A stretch of 63,332 bases of DNA, the filler included, from Octopus bimaculoides (lineage: Eukaryota), in assembly GCF_001194135.2 (NCBI RefSeq). It is 4 parts of 3 records of this genome, joined end to end, with 100 filler letters (N's around TTAATTAATTAA, not from the genome) between each part and the next. Parts side by side here need not be neighbours in the genome. Positions count along the whole stretch, not along the records: positions 46,737 to 63,332 come from NC_068982.1; 3 more parts are not named here. One strand, 5' to 3'. Under the pieces are notes generated by a model. It saw only the letters and a program-made list of their open reading frames with translations. It ran no database searches and was not told the DNA's origin. Each line of letters starts with the position of its first letter. The first letter of the stretch is position 1. This document shows, piece after piece, positions 49,981 to 62,951 of this stretch. Position numbers and translations under genes: made by a program.

Positions 49981-50216
49981 CGTGTGTGTGTGTGTGTGTG
50001 TGTGTTTGTGTTTGTCCTCCCCACCATCACTTGACAACCGATGCTGGTGTATCTATGTGCCCGTAACTTAGCGGTTCGGCAAAAAGATACCAATAGAATA
50101 AGTACTAGGCTTACAAAGAATAAGTCTTGGGGTCGATTTTCTCGATTAAAGGCGGTGCTTCAGCATGGCCACAGTCAAATGACTGAAACAAGTAAAAGTG
50201 TAAAAGAGTAAAAGAG
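49744..50216 (+). mobile_element. tRNA-derived SINE family B, full-length
   Basis: Head gagtggctgtgtggtaagtagcttg..ggttcagtcccact (A and B boxes), internal GAT/TA/TG microsatellite, 3' gactgaaacaagtaaaag(ag)n tail. Confidence 0.85.
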
Positions 50217-50390
50217 TATAATCATTTAAAGACCTGAAAAGAGCTGAGTTTTTTTTCCCCACAATGACTTGTTTTTGAAACCCCAACTGCATGAAGGCTG
50301 ATTAGTTGCAACTTGCATTTTATATAGTTTAGAATATACCAAACAACAAATAATACAGATTTTCATTATAAATCCACCACAAAGTAGATT

Positions 50391-50995
50391 TCCCTTGTGA
50401 CATGGTGGCTTGTTGTCATAATGACCCCGAGAGCTATGTCAGTAGAGCACAAACTTCTAATAAGGCCTCCTCTGCTGGACAGGTCAAAGGTTAGTGGTTA
50501 GGCTAAAATAAGCCACCTCTTCCCAAAGGTTAAAATGGATTTGCATAGGGCCAACAACCTAACCTAAAAAAGAAGGAGCAATGCTATAGAAGCTTTGACA
50601 ACAATTCAAAATCAAGACCTGGAAGACTAAGGCCCTAAAAACAACTGGAGGTGTGATACTGAGGCAGAGCTGACAAAGTAGGGGTCCAAATAGAGACAAT
50701 CCAGAGTTGAGAAAGTGGAAGTCATCAAAGGCCTAAGCTCCACAGGGAGCAAAGGGCTTAACCCTTTAGCATTCAGATTACTCTATCAAATGTAATGCAT
50801 ATTTATTCCCATTGATTTGAGTTGATTATGCATTGTCTCACACCTTCAAGGTTTTCATGATCTGATTGTTTATTTTTAGAAAGACATTGTAGGGTAGTTG
50901 TGAGAGGCTGGACCTGACTAGTTTGAACATAAAACATGTAGAATATTTGGGCTCGATATTGTCAGTTTAAATGCTGAAGGGTTAAGTAAGTCAGT
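50391..50995 (+). mobile_element. Internally deleted (bipartite) RTE element: 5' UTR fused to ORF 3' end, with its tail split by a MITE
   Basis: 5' part catggtggcttgttgtcataatgaccccgagagctatg resembles RTE 5' UTRs. 3' part tggaggtgtgatactgaggcagagctgacaaag..ggcctaagctccacagggagcaaagggcttaa resembles RTE C-termini. The tail ttaagtaagt resumes after the MITE. Confidence 0.6.
50762..50981. mobile_element. piggyBac-type MITE, complete
   Basis: TTAA on both sides (50758-50761, 50982-50985); termini ccctttagcatt / aatgctgaaggg; 220 bp. Confidence 0.88.
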
Positions 50996-51517
50996 GACCA
51001 AACAAAAAAAAAAAAGAAAAGTGACTGACTTCCTGATGGTTTCAGTTGATCTGATCAACAGAAGATCCTACTTGTGAAATTAACATGCAACTGGCTGAGC
51101 ACTCCACAGATATGAATAACCTTAACATAACCCCCAGGGACAATTCAGCTTGACACAGAATCCTTTCTACTCTATGCACAAGGCCCAGAATTTTTGAGGA
51201 GGAGAGCCAGTCAATTACATCAATCCCAGTATGAAACTAGTACTTAATTTATCGACCACGAAAGGATGAAAGGCAAAGTCAACTGTAACAGAATTTGAAC
51301 TCAGAACTTTACGTCTACCCAAACAGACCCATAGGTTGGAAGGTTATCGCCAGAGTGGTCATCCATCAAGAGTAAGGAATCACCAACAAATGGTGGCTGC
51401 AGTGAAGCACTGTTACAGTGCATGCCCCAATACTACTGCTCCCCTTACTCCCTCTGAAAATCTTGAAGGTGTGAGAGGGAAAGTGTTTACGTCAATTATA
51501 TTAAATTAACAATCTGT

Positions 51518-51564
<47 letters not shown>

Positions 51565-51865
51565 GTCTGTCTATCTGTATGTGTATAATCATCATCATCA
51601 TGCTGGCATTGGTTGGATGGTTTGAATGGAGATTGGAAAGCCAGGAGGCTGCACCAAGCTCCAATCTAATCTGGCAAAGTTTCTACAGCTGGATGCCCTT
51701 CCTAATGCCAACCACTCCAAGGGTGTAGCGGGTGATTTTTACGTGCCACTGGCACAGGAGTCAGTCAGGGCGGGGAGCTAGCATCGACTGTATTCAGATG
51801 GTGCTTTTTACATGCCACCAGCACAGGGAACCAGTGTATATATAGTATATATAGGCATGTGCATG

Positions 51866-51952
<87 letters not shown>

Positions 51953-52771
51953 CTCTAGTGGCAAAAAGTACTGTCACTAAAAGAGGTTCAATGTCCACTC
52001 TAACGTGCCAAATCACCAGCATCCTAAATCATCTCGTTCTGGTATTAAGAGGAGGTGTATTCTCACTGCTACAAGCAGCAAAGGTGTGGAATAATTACAG
52101 GACTGAGAACAACACTTCCAATAGATTTGGAAAAGACAATTAGGAACCATTTTAATATATTCTTGCTTTAGTCACTACAGACCTGTAATATATACAGTGG
52201 TAACCTCAACAATGGCTTACACAACATGACAGAATTCTACTTTTGGCAAACAAAGCATTCCAGTATTCCAGCTCATTTTGGTTACATTTTGGCATCCTCA
52301 AATAGAGTAGCTTTTACTGATTAAAATTATTTTCTTGATGATGTCAAAAACCAAAATTAATTACTTCTTGTTTTCATAAGTTAAAGAGCGATATTGAAAA
52401 AGCTAAGATTGAAATTTCTAATTTCATCATGATAATGGGTTTAGCCTAAATATTAATTTTCTCTGCTAATTTGTGCATCCATTTTTCCAGGATAACTTTT
52501 ATCAATTTAGACACAGGCATGGCTGTATAGGTACAGAGTTCATCTCATAATCACATGCTTTCAGGTTCTATCCCATAGTATGTCACCCTGATAAGTATCA
52601 TCTACTATAATTTCATGTCAGACAATCAATATTTTGTGAAGGAATCGTTAAACTAAAACTGCAGAGAAAGCTGCATTATGTATGTTCTCTTCTGCTTTCT
52701 AATTATTTGAATTTTTCCTCTGAGTAAGGAGATGGTTTCTAACAAAGATTACGAAGTATCATCATTGGAAT

Positions 52772-53340
52772 CATCATCATCATCATCATCGTTTAACGTC
52801 CGCTTTCCATGCTAGCATGGGTTGGACAATTTGACTGAGGACTGGTGAACCAGATGGCTACACCAGGCTCCAATCTGATTTGGCAGAGTTTCTACAGCTG
52901 GATGCTCTTCCTAATGCCAACCACTCCGAGAGTGTAGTGGGTGCTTTTACATGCCACCGGCACAAAGGCCAGTCAGGTGGTACTGGCAATGGCCACGCTC
53001 AAAATGGTGTATTTTATGTGCCACCTGCACAGGAGCCAGTCCAGTGGCACTGGCATGATCTCGCTCGAATGTCTTCACACGTGCCACTGGCACGAGTGCC
53101 AGGAAGGCGACGCTGGGCACAGGTGCCATCATAATTTTGCTTTCGCTTGCCCCAACAGGTCTTCACAAGCCGAGTTTCATGTCCAATAAAGGAGACGACG
53201 TTGGCATGGGTGCAAGTCGTCGAATTTAGTTTGATTTCGATTGCGATTTCACTTGCCTCAACAGGTCTTCGCCAGTGGAGTTTTAAGTCCAATGAAGGAA
53301 GGTACGCATAAGTGGGCTGGCTTCACCCCTGGCGGAGATA
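52772..53340 (-). mobile_element. 5'-truncated RTE LINE 3' UTR copy; others at about 47760-48060, 51595-51830, 54660-54975, 58835-59100, 60060-60470 and 60800-60935
   Basis: Begins with (CAT)n-cgtttaacgtccgctttccatgctagcatgggttggac, the reverse complement of the 3' end at 7540-7600. Confidence 0.8.
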
Positions 53341-53594
53341 ACAAAAACGAATTTGGAAAAGTTTTTATATTTTTACTGTTCCCCTTACAGATTGTATTTC
53401 TAATATATGAGTTAATTTGGTTGATTTGTTTTTCTGTAAATCCTGACTTATTCAGGCATTTACTCACAAAACCAAGTGCCAAGATTATTATTGGTATAAA
53501 TATGAATTTATAATCTGGATGTAGAAGTTGGGGGTTTCAAAGCAGTTTTTCATAGTTATCCTCTTTCTCTTTGATTTTTAAAGAGATATTCATA

Positions 53595-53615
53595 TTTGCC
53601 TGCATGCATGCATGC

Positions 53616-53646
<31 letters not shown>

Positions 53647-54005
53647 TGTATGTATGCCTGCATGTATGTATGTATATATATGTATGTATGTATGCATGAA
53701 TGTATGCATGTATGTATGTATGCATGCATGCATGCATGCATGCATGCATGTATGTATGTATGTATGTATGTTTGTATGTATGTATGTATGCATGCATGTA
53801 TGTATGTATGTGTGTGTATGTATATATGTATGCATGTATGTATGTATCCATGCATGCATGCATGTATGTATGTATGTATGCATGTATGTATGCATGCATA
53901 AGCGCATGTATGCATGTGTATATGTATGCATGTATGTATATATGTGTGTATCTATGTTTATATATATATGTTTCCATGTGTGTATGTTTGTATGTATGTA
54001 TGCAT
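53595..54005. repeat. Compound (ATGT/ATGC)n tetranucleotide satellite
   Basis: Direct inspection; source of the MYVC/MHAC and HTYI ORFs. Confidence 0.95.
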
Positions 54006-54210
54006 GGTGATGTAAGAGTGGCTAAATGTGCAGAGCAGACATAATCAGTTGGAAGAGTATTTAGGTTATATATCATCATCAGACAGTTCAATGATGGCTT
54101 AGCAAGCTGAAACCTCAATGGTACTGTCAATACTATTTTTGGTATATATATATATTGGATAGATACTATCCCTTAGTGGGTTGAACCCCCAACCTCTAAC
54201 TCTCTCACGT

Positions 54211-54246
<36 letters not shown>

Positions 54247-54430
54247 TATATAGGTTGAAAATATGTAAAGAGAAATGAAGAAAAATGTCTTCATTTCGCA
54301 TAGTTTAATATTTTTTTATATAAATATATACATATTATATGGGTGTTGTAAAATCCAACCGATTTTCGGTATTTAAATTAGCTTTACAAGGGGCATTGTA
54401 TAGTGATTAATTCACATGATGAGGGGGTAC

Positions 54431-54474
<44 letters not shown>

Positions 54475-54974
54475 GTGGCCATGTTGGAGCACCGCCTTTA
54501 ATTGAACAAATTGACCCCAGGACTTATTCTTTGTAAGCCTACTACTTATTCTATCAGTCTCTTTTGCCAAACTGCTAAGTTACAGGGACGTAAACATATA
54601 AACATCGGTTGTCAAGTGATGGTGGGGGGACAAACACAGACACACAGACACACGTTTTCCAAGCTGGTATCGGTTGGACGGTTTGACTGAGGTCTGGAGA
54701 GCCAGTGGCTGCACCAGGCTCCAATCTGGTCTGGCAATGTTTCTACAGCTGGATACCCTTCCTAATGCCAACCACTCCGAGAGTGTAGTGGGTGCTTTTT
54801 ATGTGCCACCCACACCGGAGCCAATAAGGTGGGCCCGGAAATGAACACGTTCAGATGGTGCTTTTTAAGTGCCACCAGCACAGGAACCAGTCAGGGTGTA
54901 CTGGCATCGATCACGATCGATTGGTGCTTTTTATGTGCCACCAGCACAGGAGTCAGTCAGGCGGACCTGGCATT

Positions 54975-54979
54975 GAACA

Positions 54980-55013
<34 letters not shown>

Positions 55014-55078
55014 GGTAGTGGTGGTGGTGGTGGTAGTGTTGGTGGTGATGATGATGATTACGATGATGATGGCGATGA

Positions 55079-55112
<34 letters not shown>

Positions 55113-55185
55113 GTTGGTGGTGGTGTTGGTGGTGGTGGTGATGATGATTACGATGCTGATGATGATGTTTGATGATGATGATGAT

Positions 55186-55229
<44 letters not shown>

Positions 55230-55425
55230 GTAATGATGATAACGACAATGATAATGATGATGATGATTAAGATGATGATGATGATGATTATGATGTTTGA
55301 TGATGATGATGTTTGATGATGATGATGATGTTTGATGATGGTGATGATGTTTGATGATGATGATGTTTGATGATGATGATGATGTTTGATGATGATGATG
55401 ATGTTTGATGATGATGATGATGCAT
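54975..55425. repeat. Compound (GAT/GGT)n trinucleotide expansion
   Basis: Direct inspection; adjoins an RTE 3' UTR copy. Similar tracts at 61760-61860 and 62285-62590. Confidence 0.95.
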
Positions 55426-55955
55426 GCATGCCTTGCAATTTCGTTCAAATTGAAGGACATCAGTTTAAAACGTTTTACAAGAATTAAAAAAGTCAACTTT
55501 TTCGCATTTAGTGATTTAAATTTCAATGGTTTCAAATCGGCTCCTTTTTAAAAATCTTTCTCTGAGGTTGATGATACAAAATATACCAGTAATAAGTTTT
55601 GAGTTATTCAATCAACAATTTACCTTCCTTATGAAACGAAAATCGGTCTTCCTAGCTAGTCAAAGAAATCAATAATTCCAACATTGGCCTACTTGCGTTT
55701 ATTAACATCTAACGCTTAGAAATACGGTTCTGTGTTTCACTTCCATACAGTTCATGCTCTTACCATAATTGATGCCTAAATTCACAACACTGCCAATGCA
55801 AAGTGAGATGAAAAATTGAAATTAAGTCTGCTTTCTATATGTACACTGTTTCTGAACATCACTTTGCCCTTCTTTTGCCTTCTCTTCCTGTTATCTTCAT
55901 ATTTTATTCTGACTTAGTGGCCATAACATTTCTCAGTTGAATAGTAATAATAATG

Positions 55956-56007
<52 letters not shown>

Positions 56008-56101
56008 GAAGAAGAATAGGAATAATGTTGTTGCTGTTCTTATGACAGAAGCCATATAGCCATGTTTGTTTGTGGCAATAGTACATGCATAAACATATAT
56101 A

Positions 56102-56167
<66 letters not shown>

Positions 56168-56241
56168 CATAAATATATATATATATATACATAAATATAT
56201 ACATAAATATATACATATACATCATCATCATCATCATCATC

Positions 56242-56790
56242 CTAGCAGTTGAGGGAACCTGTGGAAGAGGTAGACCCAGGAAGACCTGGGATGAGGTGGT
56301 GAAGCACGACCTTCAAACTTTAGGCCTCACCAAGGCAATGACTAGTGACCAGGGCCTTTGGAAATATGCAGTACGTGAGAAGACCTGGCAAGGCAAGTGA
56401 GAGGATAATCTGTGGCCTCTGCCAGAAGTGTAGCCAGCTCACTTATTCGTATCTTTACTTCATTGGACACTAAAAACTCTGCTTGCGAAGACCTGTTGAG
56501 GCAAGTGAATTTGGAATTTGAAATTTGAAATCTGAAATCGAAATCGAACCGAATCCGACGACTGGCACCCATGCCAACCTCTCCTTCATTGGACACTAAA
56601 CTCTGCTTGCGAAGACCTGTTGGGGCAAGTGAAATTGAAATCATAATCGAACCATACTCGATGACTGGCACCTGCGCCAGTGGAGCACTAACAGCACTGT
56701 CTGAGCGTGTTCATTGCCAGAGCAGCTGTCTGGCTTCTGTGCTAGTGGCCTGTAAATAGCACCATTCGAGCATAATCGTTACCAGCGTCG
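56242..56790 (+). mobile_element. RTE LINE ORF C-terminus with contiguous 3' UTR
   Basis: 56242-56400 reads [52 protein letters not shown]-stop, directly followed by the sequence seen as a dispersed repeat across the window. Confidence 0.85.
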
Positions 56791-57164
56791 CAGGCTTGTG
56801 TGGACAGGAACAAGGAAAGAGGAGTATTAGATTTAACCCTGATTGCAGCAGGGTGCTACTTTAATGATTTTACATGCTGTAACGGGAAGGGAGAAAATTT
56901 TTGTTTAGATGTTATCAGTTTGTGATTTCTGGTTCCTTGCTGTTCTGTCAATGTTGTTGGTTAAGTAAGTGTGCTATTTGTTAGTGATGCATTTGTTGAT
57001 GGTTTTATTATTTTTCTCATACAACCAATATATTTGTCTAGTATTATTTTCCTTGTATGTTCAATTATATAATAATAATAATAAAAGGCACTTACAGTAT
57101 TGTGCACACAGCTTATGCTGGAGTCCTCATGTGATTTGTGGAAACATATGTTGTTGTCGTTGGC

Positions 57165-57535
57165 ACTTCGTCGCTTATGACGATGAGGGTTCCAGTTGAT
57201 CTGATCAACAGAACAGCCTGCTCGTGAAATTAACGTGCAAGTGGCTGAGCACTCCACAGACACGTGTACCCTTAACGTAGTTCTCGGGGATATTCAGCGT
57301 GACACAGTGTGACAAGGCTGACCCTTTGAATTACATGCACAACAGAAACAGGAAGTAAGAGTGAGAGAAAGTTGTGGTGAAAGAGTACAGCAGGGTTCGC
57401 CACCATCCCCTGCTGGAACCTCGTGGAACTTAAGGTGTTTTCGCTCAATAAACACTCTCAACGCCCGGTCTGGGAATCGAAACCGCGATCCTATGACCGC
57501 AAGTCCACTGCCCTGGGCCATTGCGCCTCCACGGA
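57165..57535 (+). mobile_element. SINE-like dispersed repeat family D; copies at about 19330-19570, 34900-35000, 38240-38540 and 51040-51160
   Basis: Shared gttccagttgatc(c/t)gatcaac(a/g)gaacagcctgctcgtgaaattaacgtgcaagtggctgagcactccacagacac. The distal part resembles a reverse-strand tRNA-like head. Confidence 0.7.
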
Positions 57536-58673
57536 AACATATGTAGCAATGCATTAAAAGATTTATGAAATTCCAGCCAAAAGTTCTCATAATTACTGTA
57601 TTCATCCTATGCTTTAGCAGCACCAGACTAATAACTATCCCATAAAATTACCCTGGAAGATAGGAATAATACGTGGAAACCAGAATGAGAGCTTTTTATG
57701 AGTGCACTCAAAAACGTTTCACATAAATGAGCTTAAAGGATGTGTGTGTGTCTGGCTCTCTTTGTGTGTGTGTATAAAATTAATGTAGACAGCAGTTTGC
57801 AATGTTCCAGTAAAAAGGAAAACTATAATCATCCCTAAATGTGACTAGGGTGTTAGAAACACCTCTATTGCTAGAAATAAGAGCTAAAATGCTCTAATGC
57901 TGTAGTCAAAGCACATAACTGTATACATTTATATTGACAGGGACTGCAATTGTCTGAAAACAATGTTTGAGAATTTCTTATACTGGCAGTGAGTTCCAGC
58001 AATTTCTGTTGCCTCATTAGAAAGGACTGGCTTGATTTTGGCAGATTCCAGACTTAATTCTCTATCAGTATATGTTTTCATGATAGAAATCTATGGATGA
58101 TTTAACGAATCGGCTAATGTGTCTACAGAAAATTAATGTAGACAGTAGTTTGCAATGTTTCACCAAAATGGAAGACCACACACACATACAAAAAATATGC
58201 ATTGACACAAACCAAGCAATTTTAAACATATTTCTTATGCTAAATAATTCATTATTTATAACATACATAATGTATTCTACATTCATTAATTTCATATTTC
58301 AGTAACATTGTTGTTATGTATGAAACTTAGAACTACTGATGTGGATAACTAAAGAGTTAAAAGAATTGTTGAAAAGGCACCAACTTTGAAAAATGTGCTT
58401 GAGGAGAGTGGTTGCTCCCCTTCCTTCCCTATTAGCTATGCCATTGATACATACATACGTACATACATACATACATACATACATAAATGCATACATACGT
58501 ACATATGCACATCTGAGCAACAACTTTTTCCAACTACCGCTTTTCTGATATCCATCTATCCATCCATCCATCTATCTAGCTATCTATCTATCTATCTATC
58601 TATCTATCCATCTATCCATCCATCCGTCCGTCCGTCCGTCCGTCCGTCCGTCCGTCCGTCTGTCTGTCTACCC

Positions 58674-58730
<57 letters not shown>

Positions 58731-60534
58731 CCTGTCTGTCTATCTATCTATCTATCTACACACGCACACATATATATATACACACACACACATAATCCTC
58801 CTCCTCCTCCTCCTCCTCATCATCATCATCATCATTTAACATCTGTTGTCCATACTGGCATGGGTTGGACGGTTTGACCAGGGTTGGTAAGCTGAAGGGC
58901 TGCACCAACCTCCAGTCTGATTTGGCATGGTTTCTATGGCTGGATGCCCTTCCTAACACCAACCACTTTACAGAGCTTTTACGTGGAACCACATAGGTGT
59001 TTTTATGCAGCACCACAATGGCCATTTTTACATGGCTCTGCACAGGTGCTTTTATGGGGAACCACATGGGTGCTTTTACATGGTACCGCCATGAGTACCT
59101 TACATCACCAGAAGGACCAGTCTTAACACATTTGGGTCTTCTTGAGTACCATATATTTATATAAAAGTTTTATTCATCTATGTGTGTCTTAGTATTTGTG
59201 CTTGTACCCCACTCTCCACCACTGCTTGACAACCAGTGTTGGTTTGTTTATGTCGCCATAACTTTGTTGTTTGGCAAAAGAGACCAATAGAATAAGTACC
59301 AGACTTGAAAATAGATAATGGGGGTGATTTGTTTGATTAAACCCTTCAGGATGGTACCCCCATAATGGTCTCACTCCAACAACTAAAACAAGTAAAAGAA
59401 AAACAAAACAGAAGAACACACCTACCCAGGGACCAAACCAAAGTTACTTTTTAACCCATGTTTGCACCTATCATGACCCCATGATAAAACTTGAAACGTC
59501 ATCCTTAACGTCTTCTTTGACTTAAGAAAACCAAAATACAAGCAATTATTTAGTTTTTGACATCACCAAGAAATTAATATTGCTCCATATTGCTCCATAA
59601 ATATTACTCCATTTGAGAACACCAGAGTATGACCAATTTGAGTGGGAATAGTCTAATGCTGTGTAATCCAATCATTTGACATGATTACTTAACAAAATTG
59701 CAAAAGGAATAATTGATTTTTCTGTTAAGCAAGCAGCTAACCATTTTTGAGAAGCACCGAGCAACATGGGAAAGAAGAATAAGATTATACCACTAAGATA
59801 TGGTTGTTATAATTTCTTTAGTGTACTGACACATATTTATATGAGAGTCATATAATAATATGACTCTCACTGAATATATATAAGGATAATATTTTATGAC
59901 TGGTTTTCTAACATAAATTATTCATTGGATAAAATTTGCTCCTTAAGAATTATTATGGTGCTATCATAATAATGTAATTGGTTTGAAAACTATTTGTATA
60001 TCTTTAAATATGTGTGTGCTTTAGTCTGTTGTTATAAACATTGATAATATTTAATCATCATTATCATCATCGTTTATCATTTGTTTTCCATGCTGGCATG
60101 GGTTGGATGGTTCGACTGGGGTCTGGGAAGCCAGGAGGCTGCACCAGGCTCCAGTCTGATCTGGCAGTGTTTCTACAGCTGGATGCCCTTCCTAACGCCA
60201 ACCACTCCGAGAGTGTACTGGGTACTTTTTTACGTACTACCAGCACAGGAGCCAGAGAGGGCTGGCATTGACCACAATCAGATGGTGTTATTTATGTGCC
60301 ACTGGCATGGGAGCCAGTCAAGGCAGCACTGGCACCAGCCACGTTCAGATGGTGCTTTTTACTTGCCACTAGCACGGGGACTATGACTACAATTTCCATT
60401 TGATTTTGATTTTGATGTACTTGACTCAACAGGTCTCCTCAAGCACAGCATGTCGCCCTACGATCCAAAGTACTTTTTTGTTAATTTCAAATATTTGCAC
60501 AAGGTCAGCATTTCAGGAGATTGGGTAAGTTGAT

Positions 60535-60690
60535 TACATTGACCCCATTGCTCAATTGGTTCTTATTTTATTGACCCCAAAAGGATGAAAAGCAAAGTTT
60601 ACCTTGGTAGAATTTGAACTCAGAATGTGAAGATAAATGAAATACCACTAAGCATTTTGCCTGGCATGCTAATGACTTTGCCAACTTGCC

Positions 60691-60742
<52 letters not shown>

Positions 60743-60785
60743 TAATAATAATCCTTTCTACTAAAGGCACAAGGCCTGAAATTTG
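60535..60785 (-). mobile_element. tRNA-derived SINE family A, CpG-decayed, rearranged around an (AAT)n tract
   Basis: Reverse complement of the family A body (gaatttgaactcagaa..aagcattttgcctggcatgctaatgactttgccaacttgcc). Confidence 0.75.
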
Positions 60786-61039
60786 GGGGGGAGGAGTGGT
60801 TGGCGTTAGGAAGGGCATCCAACTGTAGAAACCCTGCCAGATCAGATTGGAGCCTGGTGCAGCCACCTGGCTCACCAGTCCCCAGTCAAACTGTCCAACT
60901 CATGTCAGCATGGGAAGCAGACGTTAAACGATGATGNNNNNNNNNNNNNNNNNNNNNNNNNNNNNNNNNNNNNNNNNNNNNNNNNNNNNNNNNNNNNNNN
61001 NNNNNNNNNNNNNNNNNNNNNNNNNNNNNNNNNNNNNNN

Positions 61040-61677
61040 CCCCCCCGTTACATTTAAACACAAAAATTGGGCGTCTCAAGGATTTGATAGCAGTTTGCAA
61101 ATATTCACATGTAATTGAGCTTGGCCATTTGTCAGTTAATGAGAAACTTTTCAACAGCATGTTCCTAAGGCCAAGCTTATAGAGTTGTTGACTGATGGTG
61201 CTTTGCCAAGGGGAAAGTTCTGCTGTCAGTGTACAAGTGCTTGTGTTCAGCTGTTGTTCAACCATTTCAAGCGAGGCCGTGTCTTCCACAACAGAATACC
61301 TTCTTGATTCTGGTTTGTCTTCAAGACTTATGTCACTTTCCTTGAAATGTCTGAACCAGCTCTGTGTCACACATTCATTGACAGTTTTGGGGCCATCCAC
61401 ATTATTAATTTCTTTTGCCACTGCCCTTACACTCAGCCCTTTTTTACACAGGTAGCATAAAATGGCTCTGATTGTAATTTTTCCCCCCACTCATTATCAA
61501 AGCTTTAAAACAAAGAATAAGCAATTTATGTTTACATGTTATATATGGAAAGAAAGAAAGAATAAACAATCCAGCAACAATTGGATAACGAGTATCAAAT
61601 TAACGATATAACATGGAGATACAAGTTGCCAAAATTCATCAGTGAAAATCTCAAAAAACTTTTGGTTCAACCTGGTA
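61040..61677 (-). mobile_element. Mariner transposon 5' part (TIR plus HTH domain), defective, truncated by a gap
   Basis: 61490 ATG: IRAILCYLCKKGLSVRAVAKEINNVDGPKTVNECVTQSWFRHFKESDISLEDKPESRR is a mariner N-terminal HTH. After about 110 aa the homologous frame shifts and contains stops. TIR-like ccaggttgaaccaaaag at about 61659-61675. Confidence 0.85.
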
Positions 61678-61795
61678 TAATGCCAAAACACATCAGCAAA
61701 GAAAGAAATATACTGTAAATTGTTGTCGCTTTTATTGTTGTGCTGTTGTTGTTGCTTTTGACAATGATGACGACGACGACGATGATGACGACGAC

Positions 61796-61844
<49 letters not shown>

Positions 61845-62704
61845 GTGATGGTGATAAAACAGGATAGATGAGGGAACAGAAAGCAGAAATAAGTCAAATA
61901 AAGGAAATTAGCAATGATAGCCAAAAGTGCATGCGTAGTACACAGAATAAAATACCAAAAGGCAGAAAAATGAAGAGTAAAAGAGCCATAGAGACAAAGG
62001 GGTTCAGGGTCACATCAGGACCAGTGCTGGAGAATTCTGGGAAAGCAAGGGAATTTTTGAGAAGACAGTGTCTTAGGATCTACGAACCAGCATAAGTGAT
62101 GTGTTCTATGGTGTGACAATTCTGAGCATAAAATAATGTGATGGCTGTTGTAATGTTGGTTGATTTTATAAGCAAGTGATACAGGTAATGAATTCTCCCC
62201 CCACCCCGCCCAAAAAGATGACTTGTTGGAAAGATGGTGGATGATTTTGTGGGCTTCTATGAAATCAGAAGATACACAGTGAAACCCAGAGATGATGATG
62301 ATGATGGTAATGATGATAATGATTGTGATGATGAGGATAGTAATGATGATAATGATTGTGATGATGAGGATAGTAATGATGATGATGATGATGATGGTAG
62401 TGTGATGATGATGAAGATGGTGATGATAATTATAAAAATGGTGAGGATAATGAAAATGATGATGACGAAGATGATGGTGATGGTGATGGTAGTGGTGGTA
62501 GTGGTGGTGGTGGTGGTGGTGGTTGTAGCAATGCCAATGATGACAACGATAAAAATCACAATTGTGACAACTACAATGATGAGGATTGTAAGGTGAAAAG
62601 TAAAGGAAATGAATGTGAAATATTGCCAAGAATTTAGAAGCATAAATCATATGTATTATGCTTGACCCCCTCCCCACCTTCACCCTATATGAACCTCACT
62701 TATA

Positions 62705-62748
<44 letters not shown>

Positions 62749-62799
62749 CATCACCACTAAAGCTTTTTTTATTGTCTCTCTGCTTATTTTTTCGTGTTC

Positions 62800-62835
62800 C
62801 TTTCTGCTGAAGAGTGTAGGCTCAAAACATAAAAG
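62800..62835 (+). ncRNA. Degenerate Penelope-type minimal hammerhead-like motif
   Basis: CUUU-CUGCUGA-A-GAGU-guag-GCUC-AAAACAUA-AAAG. Stems I and II are present; the GAAACGUA position reads AAAACAUA, consistent with CpG decay; A6C core variant. Confidence 0.35.
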
Positions 62836-62951
62836 ACTTTCTCACCTTCCTGAGCTTTGAACTAATACACCTGTTTGTTGTTTACACACCTCTCTTCCTC
62901 TTTTGTTTTTTTGTAAATTCCAACTATATATATTTATATATACATATACAT

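Noticed and set aside
53537-54130. Met/Tyr/Cys-rich and His-rich ORFs superficially like reflectins or other cephalopod structural proteins
   Set aside because: Pure ATGT/ATGC satellite, open in several frames on both strands, lacking the reflectin M/FD(X)5MD(X)5MD motif.
54829-55535. Poly-His, Gly/Asp-rich and poly-Ile ORFs resembling histidine-rich beak proteins (also 62015-62683)
   Set aside because: GAT/GGT microsatellite expansions attached to LINE tails; no signal peptide, splice sites or non-repetitive domain.
59842-59869. 12-bp stem, 4-nt loop hairpin (tgagagtcatat-aata-atatgactctca)
   Set aside because: Short and AT-rich; cannot be distinguished from a chance or micro-inversion event without other evidence.
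60924-61490. 188-aa ORF as a possible domesticated SETMAR-like transposase
   Set aside because: The true transposase frame shifts after the HTH region and has stops, and the ORF tail runs through Ns. It is an ordinary decayed mariner.
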